Part shown: positions 18,901-26,513 of the stretch, piece by piece | Numbering within the stretch: the first letter of the stretch is position 1 | Layout: the number at the start of each line of letters is the position of its first letter | Origin: an uncultured Clostridia bacterium | Lineage (GTDB): Bacteria > Bacillota > Clostridia > TANB77 > CAG-508 | NCBI GenBank assembly: GCA_944392675.1 | Contig: CALXXK010000001.1 | Span: 1 to 36,738, forward strand | Reading direction: 5' to 3' | Length of the DNA: 36,738 bases | The notes under the pieces: generated by a model | The model's database searches: none | The model's input: only the letters and a program-made list of their open reading frames with translations | What the model was told of the DNA's origin: nothing | Position numbers and translations under genes: made by a program

Positions 18901-20839
18901 ATTCCATTATTATTGGTTTTGTTGCAGTAGCTGATTTTTTATTTACAATAATATCTGCATTTATAATTATTGTTGCTCCTTCTATTGATTGTTCTTTATA
19001 TTGTGTTTGTTTACCTGCTAATGTTATTGTCAAAACTCTTCCATTTACTGTATAATTTTGTATTGCTAATTCATTTTCATAAACTAAATCTACACTATTT
19101 ATTCTTATTTCTTCTACTTCTTCTGGTAAATTGATATTTATTGTTGGATTTTCATATAAATTAAATTCTTCACTATTTGTACTTAATATAGCTTTCATTT
19201 CAATATTGTTTTCAACTACTGTAGATAAAGTATCTTTATTTACTTCTAATCTAGCTGATGTTTTTGTTTCATTTAGAACTATTTCTGAAGTAGCTTGTGT
19301 TTGTATACCTAATGAATATCTAACTCCATTTGTTACATTTAAATTATATTCTGCTATTGCTGTTGTTTGTATTTTGTTAACATTTCTTAATAAATTTACG
19401 TCATTTTGTTTTATTGTTTTTTCATTATTGAAATCTATTGTACCTTCTTTTATAGGTGTTGATGTTCTTATTTCTATATTTCTTGCTTCTACATTTGAAT
19501 ATTCAATAACTATATTTCCATTTTCATCAGGTGTTGTTGATGAATCTACTCTTGCTATTCTTTGTCCATCTTGATTTATTATTTCTATAACTCCACTTTT
19601 TCCAAAAATTTCATCAAAGCTTTGTTTACTAAAAGATGTTTTTGTATATATTACATTTGCATCTTGTAATATATTTTCATTTGTTACAAAATTATTTTGT
19701 TCTTTTACACTTATATATTCTGCTGTATTAGCTAAATTTACTACTAATTTTGTAGTTGTATTATAATTTCTATCTATACCAGAATATAATTTTCCTTTAA
19801 ACATTTGTTGTTCATTATTTTGTGTTGATATAGCTATTGTTGTATCTTTTTCTTCATTATTTAATGTGATTTTTGTATCATTTGCTTTAATTTCTTTGTC
19901 ATTATATAATGTTAAAGTTTCTTGTGATGTTATTTCTATATCACTTAAATCTATATCTTTTTCATATATATATGTTAATATGATATTTTCATTTCCAGAT
20001 TTTTTCCAATTAATTTTATTGTCTTGTGTCAATTCATTTGAAAATTGAAATTCTATATATCCTTCTTCATTTTTATATTCATATGATGTCATATTGTTTA
20101 GGTTAACAACTTGAACAACTTCTGGTTGTTCTTTTTCTATTTCTGGAATATTAATTTTTGAATTTATGTTTTTTATTGGATAATTATTATTTTTTAATCC
20201 TAAATTTAATGAAAATTGTATAATTCTTTTTTCTTCTCCATTAAATTTCATGACTTTATTTGTAATTATATCTATGCTATTTTCTATATTTTCTGGTGCA
20301 TCTACTTCAATTAATTTTAAGTTCACTTCTCTACTTGAATCTATTGTTATATTTCTTTCTGTACTATCTTTGTATTCACCAGTTAATGTTATTTTACTAT
20401 TCATGTTTAATAAACCTGTATCTATTTTATCTTCCATTACAGGTTTTATTTTTAAATCAATTTCTGCATTTGTTCCTGCATTTAATTGATTTAAATATAT
20501 CTTATTTCCTTCGATTCTATTTACATACTGATTTTCCGTTCCTACTAATGTAAAGTTACTATTTGATAGTTCCACTTGTCCGTTGAAATATCCATCTTTT
20601 TTAACATTTACATTTATGTATAATATCTGTTCTTGTTCTTCTGATGTAACCTCTAAGGAATTTGTATTTTTTCCTTCTTCATCTTTAAAGTACGCATTAA
20701 ATTCTATATTAGCATGGTTTGTAGCTAATATGTCTGCAGCATAACTTATAAAAGTTGAACCAACTAAAATAAAATTGGCAATTGTCATTGTTAATATTAA
20801 TGCTACTACTATACTAATTTTTAGAAGTTTGTTTTTCAT
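15953..20839 (-). CDS. Giant cell-wall-anchored repeat protein (about 1628 aa). It has an N-terminal TM/signal, DUF11-like modules, an SdrD-B-like domain and an SIKTG sorting signal.
   Basis: The track ORF starts at 20863, but AAAGGAGG lies 7-8 nt upstream of the ATG at 20837-20839 (MKNKLLKISIVVALIL...), so that start is preferred. DUF11 signatures include VKNGEVIKYHIEIANTGSEEVQNAVVTGQIPEGTTLV and VKAGDIIEYTIVVNNSSESRAENVVLKDTIPEQLTI. The SdrD-B-like stretch is ISGLAWFDENANGIKDD..NVKVKLL..TNAQGMYVLDNIANGQYIVIFEY. The tail is SIKTG plus a hydrophobic stretch plus RKKNN... (15956-16072). Confidence 0.85.
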   Translation of the reverse strand: MKNKLLKISIVVALILTMTIANFILVGSTFISYAADILATNHANIEFNAYFKDEEGKNTNSLEVTSEEQEQILYINVNVKKDGYFNGQVELSNSNFTLVGTENQYVNRIEGNKIYLNQLNAGTNAEIDLKIKPVMEDKIDTGLLNMNSKITLTGEYKDSTERNITIDSSREVNLKLIEVDAPENIENSIDIITNKVMKFNGEEKRIIQFSLNLGLKNNNYPIKNINSKINIPEIEKEQPEVVQVVNLNNMTSYEYKNEEGYIEFQFSNELTQDNKINWKKSGNENIILTYIYEKDIDLSDIEITSQETLTLYNDKEIKANDTKITLNNEEKDTTIAISTQNNEQQMFKGKLYSGIDRNYNTTTKLVVNLANTAEYISVKEQNNFVTNENILQDANVIYTKTSFSKQSFDEIFGKSGVIEIINQDGQRIARVDSSTTPDENGNIVIEYSNVEARNIEIRTSTPIKEGTIDFNNEKTIKQNDVNLLRNVNKIQTTAIAEYNLNVTNGVRYSLGIQTQATSEIVLNETKTSARLEVNKDTLSTVVENNIEMKAILSTNSEEFNLYENPTININLPEEVEEIRINSVDLVYENELAIQNYTVNGRVLTITLAGKQTQYKEQSIEGATIIINADIIVNKKSATATKPIIMEYINREEVGTASKDIQIVAPTDVTAINSIKDLGIETVGQEKTQTISMGKGEDGKQLEVELEIINNNPEPINNMKVLGTFPTDSESNNLGAKLATRINMENATIYYSDNENATNDLQNTENGWTQDATQNSKKYLIEYNNNLEPQQSIVGTYSIKVPENLEYNQKATEGYDVSYTNSATNVSNTIESTDIEMDTGVGPKIETTLSATIGNENVTSDTKVKNGEVIKYHIEIANTGSEEVQNAVVTGQIPEGTTLVEPEPNYEYTGSSYYKEIETDKFAKTIEKIAVGEKAIVEYEVRVNSDTAENTTLTNSIETKYGEAINDSNEVQTTTEKGNLRVSVKRVTDRSINLYGNGAVQYYAIIENISDAKQENVKVETNISDNLQVEKLTLHTGMGSQEVSDDEIIADGTEGVFNPEDEIQKENVNENMQSEEMQYAQEVNIGSLEPGEVKVLSYSMDISTTKNNEAKLYVIAKDEASKEYKSNVWTDNISNYNITMSMTSNTQSSYVKAGDIIEYTIVVNNSSESRAENVVLKDTIPEQLTITNVTVDGQPVEGIETNQVEIRLSIMANGSCEVKIQTIVNEADDREEAEAISNKAYVEIAGETMAGTDTINHIIEETQSGDSNNNTGNDENNDNNTENNDIAQGSRMISGLAWFDENANGIKDDNEKTLDNVKVKLLNTQTNNLVKDKSGKTLETTTNAQGMYVLDNIANGQYIVIFEYNTSQYAVTKYKVEGADETKNSDAMTTELNIEGNTKQVTGTDIITMNNNNISDIDIGLIELKTFDLKLEKYVNKIILQNSAGTTVKEFNNEKLAKVEIDAKQLKGTTVIIEYKINVKNEGEVEGYARKIADYLPNDLQFSSEMNKDWYQQDGVLYNSSIANDKIAAGETKTLTLTLTKTMTENNTGRVNNTAEIAEAYNELGVGDINSTPGNKVQGENDMDYADVILSIKTGGVVYVGIAIIIVVMLSIVALVVIRKKNNIKIDEI

Positions 20840-21057
20840 TTTTATTCCTCCTTTAAAAAACATTTAAAATTAATATTTCCTTTATATAATATAAATTTTT
20901 TATAAAAAAATCAATTATTAATATTAATGTATTTTTTTATCATTTTTTGTTGTTTTACGGCTTTACACATTGCATATATAGATGATTTATATTACATTTT
21001 TATAACATTTTTGTAATAATTTGTAATATTCCTTATTTGCATAAAACACCTATCTAT

Positions 21058-21086
21058 ATTATATCGCTTTTTTATTGATTTTTCAA
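21058..21086 (-). promoter_or_regulatory. Candidate sigma-A-type promoter for the 20839-11927 bicistron
   Basis: The minus strand reads TTGAAA-17 nt-TATAAT (-35 at 21081-21086, -10 at 21058-21063). It would give a leader of about 210 nt. The match is consensus-like, but the background is AT-rich. Confidence 0.35.
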
Positions 21087-21266
21087 TGCTTTTTTACAAA
21101 AATAAACCATTTATGTTAATTTTTTTTGCAATGCTAGCCATTTAATAAATAAAATATGATAAGATAACTTTTATATATTTATAAAATGTAACATAAAAAT
21201 TTATCAAGAATATTATATTACATAGTTTTAAAAGTTTTGAATATATATTTTTTAGAGGTGATATTT

Positions 21267-21731
21267 TTGGATAATTTTAATATTGATGAAAATTCTATTA
21301 ATAAATTAAAGGATATGATGAATAAGGGTGATCTTTCTGACGTAATTTCACAAATTCCTCCTGAAATGCTTCAAAATTTTTCTAACATGATGTCTTCTAA
21401 TGGTGCAAATAATTCTAATAATAATTCAAATAATTCTAGCAATTCTAACTTTACAAATGATTCTACAAATAATTTTTCTAATAATAATGGAAATAACAAC
21501 TTTGATTTTTCTAAAATTGATATGAATACTATCATGAAAATGAAATCAATAATGGACAAAATGAATACTACAAATGATCCAAGAACAAATCTTTTGAATT
21601 CATTAAAACCTTATTTACGTGAAGAAAGAAAAAGCAAACTTGACCAATATGCCAATCTTATGAATGTTGCAAAAATAGCTGAATTATTTAATTCAGAAAA
21701 TAATACTAAGGAGAATAAGTCTAATGATTAA
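21267..21731 (+). CDS. Hypothetical Asn-rich low-complexity protein with a structured C-terminal segment
   Basis: The track ORF begins at 21237. A TTG at 21267 lies 6 nt after AGAGGTG (21253-21260) and gives MDNFNIDENSINKLKDMMNKGD... The centre is an N/S-rich tract. The C-terminus, NLLNSLKPYLREERKSKLDQYANLMNVAKIAELF, looks like a folded helical motif. Confidence 0.6.
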   Translation: MDNFNIDENSINKLKDMMNKGDLSDVISQIPPEMLQNFSNMMSSNGANNSNNNSNNSSNSNFTNDSTNNFSNNNGNNNFDFSKIDMNTIMKMKSIMDKMNTTNDPRTNLLNSLKPYLREERKSKLDQYANLMNVAKIAELFNSENNTKENKSND

Positions 21732-22158
21732 CTTTCCTTTTTTTAGATTTCCTTATAATTATAAATATTATAACTATACACCATATCCAATTAAACAAAT
21801 TCCTAATTCTACTACTAATAATTATTCTAATCCGAATAATACTAATTATAACAATAATGATATTGACAAGACTAACCATTATAATTCCGATAAAGATACA
21901 TTAAACCATACAAATAATATTAACACTGAAAATGAAGATAATAAAAATCAATATAAAAAAAAATCATCTAGATATAATTCATTTAACCCAATCAATCTCA
22001 ATTTTTCTGGCTTCGATGATATTGAAATATTAGAAATAATGGGTATTAAATTATATTTAGATGATGTTATTATAATTGGTTTATTATTTTTTCTTTATAA
22101 TGAAGGAGTTAAAGATGATATTTTGTTTATTTCACTAATTTTATTACTATTAAGTTAG
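21724..22158 (+). CDS. Hypothetical Asn/Tyr-rich protein with a C-terminal membrane anchor
   Basis: The ATG overlaps the upstream stop by 8 nt (coupling), and AAGGAG lies about 10 nt upstream. The C-terminus is hydrophobic: LEIMGIKLYLDDVIIIGLLFFLYNEGVKDDILFISLILLLLS. Confidence 0.55.
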   Translation: MINFPFFRFPYNYKYYNYTPYPIKQIPNSTTNNYSNPNNTNYNNNDIDKTNHYNSDKDTLNHTNNINTENEDNKNQYKKKSSRYNSFNPINLNFSGFDDIEILEIMGIKLYLDDVIIIGLLFFLYNEGVKDDILFISLILLLLS

Positions 22159-22165
22159 CTTATTT

Positions 22166-22786
22166 CTATTCTATTTCAATTTTATCGTCTATTATACTCA
22201 CATAAGCTTGTCTATATAGTGGTTCTTCATCTCTATCAAATTCTTTTACTATATTTGCAATTCTAATTTGAACAGTATCTAACATACCTGCTGCAATAAT
22301 AGCTTGCTTATTTCCTTTAGCTCCTGCATGTGCTAGTCCTCTAAGAGCTCCTAATACAATTATATTCTCTGAAGCCATTACCTCTGCTCCTGAGTTCACA
22401 TCTCCTATTATTACTAAACTTCCTTCTGACTCCAGCTTTTGCCCTGAACGCAATGAACCTCTGTGAAAAGTGGTTTCTGATATTGTTGTCTTTTTCTCAA
22501 ATGTCTTTTTTATACTATGTAGTCCTAGACTTTTTGGCATATCAAAATCTATGTCTACATCTATTTTACTTTTTATTAACTCTTGAATTTGTGCTATTTC
22601 TTTATTTTTTAATACTTTTCCTACTACTCTTATTGGAGTTTTTTCATCTTTGTATAGTTTCTTTAAATCTGGTAATTTCTTTTTTAATGCTGATATTAAT
22701 TCAATTTGCTCTGCATCTTCATTTAACTTAATAATTATTTCATTCCTTTTCAAATTAATACTAACACAATTCTTCATTTTTAACAT
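22166..22786 (-). CDS. minC: Septum site-determining protein MinC
   Basis: The C-terminal beta-helix signature is HRGSLRSGQKLESEGSLVIIGDVNSGAEVMASENIIVLGALRGLAHAGAKGNKQAIIAAGMLDTVQIRIANIV. The true start may be the ATG at 22777 (MKNCVSI), which has better RBS spacing. Confidence 0.85.
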   Translation of the reverse strand: MLKMKNCVSINLKRNEIIIKLNEDAEQIELISALKKKLPDLKKLYKDEKTPIRVVGKVLKNKEIAQIQELIKSKIDVDIDFDMPKSLGLHSIKKTFEKKTTISETTFHRGSLRSGQKLESEGSLVIIGDVNSGAEVMASENIIVLGALRGLAHAGAKGNKQAIIAAGMLDTVQIRIANIVKEFDRDEEPLYRQAYVSIIDDKIEIE

Positions 22787-22827
22787 CCTTCTTTCTTTTT
22801 TGTATTACTAGAAAATTTAATTATTAT

Positions 22828-22926
22828 AACTTACTCTTAGTAGTATTTGATAAATTTTTAAGTTTCTTTGAAAATTATATTGAAAGATAAACTTAGAAAT
22901 TTATCAAATACTACTAAGCATAAGTT
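22828..22926. repeat. About 99-nt near-continuous hairpin between PBP2 and minC
   Basis: A perfect 22-bp inverted repeat pairs CTTAGTAGTATTTGATAAATTT (22836-22857) with AAATTTATCAAATACTACTAAG (22897-22918). It extends outward (22828-22833 with 22921-26) and inward (22859-22865 with 22889-22895; 22866-22869 with 22883-22886). No U-tract follows on the minus strand. Confidence 0.8.
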
Positions 22927-22937
22927 AAACTATTAAT

Positions 22938-25049
22938 TTACTGCATAATTTCCACATATGGAACAGCTGACATATCTTCTTCAACATTTTGTGTATTCAT
23001 TCCAAAATATTCTTGCATGATATCTCTTACAACTTCTGCTGTATAGTTTCCATGTCCTCCATTTTCTACCATAACTACTATTGCGATTTCTGGATTATCA
23101 AATGGTGCAAAACCTACAAACCATGCATGTACTTGATTATTTGGTGCTTCTGCTGATCCTGTTTTTCCTCCTACTGATATATTAAAATCTTTAAATCTAA
23201 CATATGCCGTACCTGAGCTATCTTGTGTAACAGATTCCATACCTGCTAATACTGCATCTAGATTTTCTTGTTTTATATTTAAGTCTTGTTGTTCTTCTTC
23301 ATTAATTCCCAATTTTTGATTTACAAATGAATTTATTTCTTGTTTTGATGCTTCTGTTCCATCTGCTTTTCTTATTGTTTTTACTATGCTTACATCTATT
23401 TGATGTCCTCCATTTGCTAACATACTTATATATTTAGCCATTTGTAAAGGACTGAATTCATTATCAAGTTGTCCTATTGCTGATTGTAATGTATCACCAG
23501 GTCCCCAAGTAGGTTCATTTGGATGTAATTTTTTCTTTGACTCTTTACTAGACACAACTCCTGATGTTTCTGATGGTAATTCTATACCTGTTTTATTTCC
23601 TAGTCCAAAATATCTTGCATATTTTTCTAATGTATCGATTCCCATTCTATCCGCAGTTTCATAGAAGAAATAGTTACATGATCTTTCAATTGCTTGTGAT
23701 ACATTTAACCATCCATGTCCTGTTCCATAATCAGAATAATACCAACATTTTGGTTGATAATCTTTATATTTTCTATATACACCTGTGTCATTAATTCTTG
23801 TATTTAAATTGATAACCCCTGATTCTAAACCTGCAATTGCTGTTATCATTTTAAATGTTGATCCTGGAGAATATGAATTTTGTATAGTTTTATCTACTAA
23901 TGGTTTTGCAGAATTGTTTGTATAGTTATTCCATTTTTCTGTGCTTATTCCCCCTACAAAATCTGCTGGATTATAGTTTGGATAACTTGCCATTGCTAAA
24001 ACTTCACCTGTATTTACATCCATTACGACACAAGCTCCTGCTTTTGCATCAAATCTTTGTCCAAATCCTCCACTTGCTATTTTATTTATATTTGCTTCTA
24101 AAGCTGTTTCCGTTATTTTTTGTAAATTAGCATCTATTGTTAGCACAACATCAGCTCCTGCTACAGCTTCTTTAGCAGTATATTCTGCTGTTGTTGTTCC
24201 GTCTACTGCCATATCTATTTGTTTTGTTCCATTTTTTCCTTTTAAATATTCTTCAAAAACATATTCTATTCCTGTTTTTCCTATAATATCATTCATTCCA
24301 TATGTATCTTTTCTTTTTTCATATTCTTCACTTGTAATTTGACTTGCATAACCTAATATGTGTGATGCTAAGCTACCTGATGTATATTCTCTTACTGGTT
24401 TTACTACTATATTTATACCTGCATATTTATCTGAACTTTCACTAAATTCTGCTACTGCTTCTGCTGGTATATTATCTGATATTTCTACAGATTTTGTACT
24501 ACTATAGCCATTTACTGTTATTTCATATCTAATTAACATTACTTTTCTTGCATCTTGAACATTATCAAATTGAATTTCATATCTATCTTTTAATTTGTTA
24601 AAAGCTTCCTCTGCTGTAATATTTTCATCAAAATTATTATCTTCTTTCCAAGAGCTTAAACTTTCACCAGAAATTGTAAATTCAAATGGTTCAACTTTTA
24701 TTGGTAATATATCATCATAAGAACAACCATATTTTTCTAAAGTTTGTACCATATTTAATATGGCTTGATTTAGATCTGCATCTTCTACTTTTGTTTTATA
24801 CATTTCTAATGAATATTGTATTTTAGAAGTTACTAAATCGACACCTGTTCTATCAACTATTGAGCCTCTAGCTGCTTCTAATGTACTTTCTCTTGTCAAT
24901 CTTGTATTTGATTGTTCTCTATATTCTGCTCCATGCACTATTTGAAGGTTAAATAGTTTTATAATCAATATTATTCCTACAATATATATTAATACAGTTA
25001 ATATATTAAATCTTAAATTGATATTTAGCTTACCTTTTCTTTTTACCAA
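22938..25049 (-). CDS. mrdA: Penicillin-binding protein 2 (elongation-specific class B transpeptidase)
   Basis: There is an N-terminal TM helix. The transpeptidase motifs are STFK (PGSTFKMITAIAG), SCN (ERSCNYFF) and KTG (GGKTGSAE). The start is TTG, preceded by GAGGTG. The gene lies immediately downstream of mreD. Confidence 0.85.
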   Translation of the reverse strand: MVKRKGKLNINLRFNILTVLIYIVGIILIIKLFNLQIVHGAEYREQSNTRLTRESTLEAARGSIVDRTGVDLVTSKIQYSLEMYKTKVEDADLNQAILNMVQTLEKYGCSYDDILPIKVEPFEFTISGESLSSWKEDNNFDENITAEEAFNKLKDRYEIQFDNVQDARKVMLIRYEITVNGYSSTKSVEISDNIPAEAVAEFSESSDKYAGINIVVKPVREYTSGSLASHILGYASQITSEEYEKRKDTYGMNDIIGKTGIEYVFEEYLKGKNGTKQIDMAVDGTTTAEYTAKEAVAGADVVLTIDANLQKITETALEANINKIASGGFGQRFDAKAGACVVMDVNTGEVLAMASYPNYNPADFVGGISTEKWNNYTNNSAKPLVDKTIQNSYSPGSTFKMITAIAGLESGVINLNTRINDTGVYRKYKDYQPKCWYYSDYGTGHGWLNVSQAIERSCNYFFYETADRMGIDTLEKYARYFGLGNKTGIELPSETSGVVSSKESKKKLHPNEPTWGPGDTLQSAIGQLDNEFSPLQMAKYISMLANGGHQIDVSIVKTIRKADGTEASKQEINSFVNQKLGINEEEQQDLNIKQENLDAVLAGMESVTQDSSGTAYVRFKDFNISVGGKTGSAEAPNNQVHAWFVGFAPFDNPEIAIVVMVENGGHGNYTAEVVRDIMQEYFGMNTQNVEEDMSAVPYVEIMQ

Positions 25050-25062
25050 TATTACACCTCTT

Positions 25063-25596
25063 CTAAAAATATCTTGTTAGTATTATATTTCCCTTATATT
25101 CGTTTTCTATATAATATCCTGCTTTTTGAATTAATGGATATATTATTATTGTTAAAATTAAATTGTATATAACTTCTATTACTAAGATTTTTACAAAATT
25201 CATTATTTCTACACTATTTGATAATAATACATAATTTAAAAAATATCTAATAACTTCAAATATTATTGTTGATGCTAATACCATTACCATAATAGTTATT
25301 CTACTATCTTTTGAAAAATTTTTGTCAAATAATCCTGCCAAAAATCCAATTAGTCCTAATCCTACAGCATATATTCCTATCTTAGTCCCTATTAGTAAAT
25401 CTAATATAAGTCCTATTACAATTCCATAGATTGTTCCCATTGTTTTATTAGCAAATAGACCTATAAATAATACAAATACCACAAATAAGTTTGGCATTAT
25501 TCCAGATATAGTAAACCAATTAAAGAAGTTAGATTGCAAATAATATATTATAAATACTGTTAATATCAAAACTATATTTATTATTGTTTTTTTCAA
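25063..25596 (-). CDS. mreD: Rod shape-determining protein MreD
   Basis: A 177-aa polytopic membrane protein located directly after mreC. The TTG start is preceded by AGAGGTG. Confidence 0.75.
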   Translation of the reverse strand: MKKTIINIVLILTVFIIYYLQSNFFNWFTISGIMPNLFVVFVLFIGLFANKTMGTIYGIVIGLILDLLIGTKIGIYAVGLGLIGFLAGLFDKNFSKDSRITIMVMVLASTIIFEVIRYFLNYVLLSNSVEIMNFVKILVIEVIYNLILTIIIYPLIQKAGYYIENEYKGNIILTRYF

Positions 25597-25610
25597 TTAG
25601 TTCACCTCTT

Positions 25611-26444
25611 TTATTCATTAACTATCACTAATACTGTATCTAATTTATTAAAATCAACTGCTGTTTCTACTAAGGCATATCTATCTGTAATATTTTGTGT
25701 ATTTTCTACTTTTTGTATAGTACCTACATGTATTCCTTTTGGATAAATTCCTCCTAGACCTGAAGTTTCTATACTATCTCCTTGTATTACATTTGCTTCA
25801 GTTGGTATATACATTGCTTTTAATGTTGTATTATTTTCTAGTGTTCCTTTACAAACTATTGTGTCTTTATTACTCATTGTACAACTAACAGAACTTGCTG
25901 TATCTATAATTGTTTGAATCTTTGCTGTATCATCAGTAACTGATATAACATGTCCTACTAGTCCCTGATCTGCTATTACTGTCATATTTTCTTCTATGCC
26001 ATCTTTTTTGCCTATATTTATAACTATTGTTTTTGAATAATTACTAATATCTTTATTTATAACATATCCTGGTACTGTTTTATATTCCCCATATTTTTCT
26101 GTTAAATTTAGATATTCCTTTAGTGTATTATTCTCTGTTTTTATGTTTTCTAATTCTCTCAATGATTGCTCTAGCTCACTGTTTTTTTGCTTTAACTCTT
26201 CATTTTCTTGTTTTAGATTATTTATATCTGTAAAAAATGTACTATTTCCGCTTAGTTTATTTTTTAAATATGTTAAACCATTTTGAATTGGCATAACTAA
26301 ATTACTTGCTGCATTTTCAAAAAATGATGTATTATTTTCTCCATTTGAAAATATTACTATTAAGATTAATAAAATTACAGTTATAATTATTCCTATTATT
26401 CCACTTTTTTTGTTTCTATACATTTTTTCTCCTTTTTTTTCCAT
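25611..26444 (-). CDS. mreC: Rod shape-determining protein MreC
   Basis: It has a TM helix, a coiled coil (NNLKQENEELKQKNSELEQSLRELENIK) and the MreC beta-domain motifs GLVGHVISVTDDTAKIQTIID and TSGLGGIYPKGIHVGTI. The likely true start is the ATG at 26423 (MYRNKKSG), which has AAGGAG just upstream. Confidence 0.85.
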   Translation of the reverse strand: MEKKGEKMYRNKKSGIIGIIITVILLILIVIFSNGENNTSFFENAASNLVMPIQNGLTYLKNKLSGNSTFFTDINNLKQENEELKQKNSELEQSLRELENIKTENNTLKEYLNLTEKYGEYKTVPGYVINKDISNYSKTIVINIGKKDGIEENMTVIADQGLVGHVISVTDDTAKIQTIIDTASSVSCTMSNKDTIVCKGTLENNTTLKAMYIPTEANVIQGDSIETSGLGGIYPKGIHVGTIQKVENTQNITDRYALVETAVDFNKLDTVLVIVNE

Positions 26445-26513
26445 TGTAGTAATTGAAATTGTCCATTTTTATATTTTCTTTTTAATGTATTAACAAATTG
26501 AGTTCACTTTAAT

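Noticed and set aside
2314-20553. About 30 plus-strand ORFs of 60-147 aa inside the four giant minus-strand genes (for example 18612-19055, 19131-19574, 16533-16871, 6677-7042).
   Set aside because: All are antisense to long ORFs that show clear domain signatures. Their translations are L/F/I/S-rich low-complexity strings typical of AT-rich antisense frames, and none has an RBS.
1322-20863. A CRISPR array or DNA-level tandem repeats within the repetitive giant genes.
   Set aside because: The repetition is at the protein-domain level only. I saw no regularly spaced identical DNA repeats and no cas genes.
11448-21236. A c-di-GMP riboswitch (GEMM-I or type II) or another known riboswitch in the two adhesin leaders.
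   Set aside because: I could not find the characteristic GGCAAACC, GGACGCAAAGCC or ACGCAC-type conserved blocks on the minus strand. A covariance-model scan is needed before excluding it completely.
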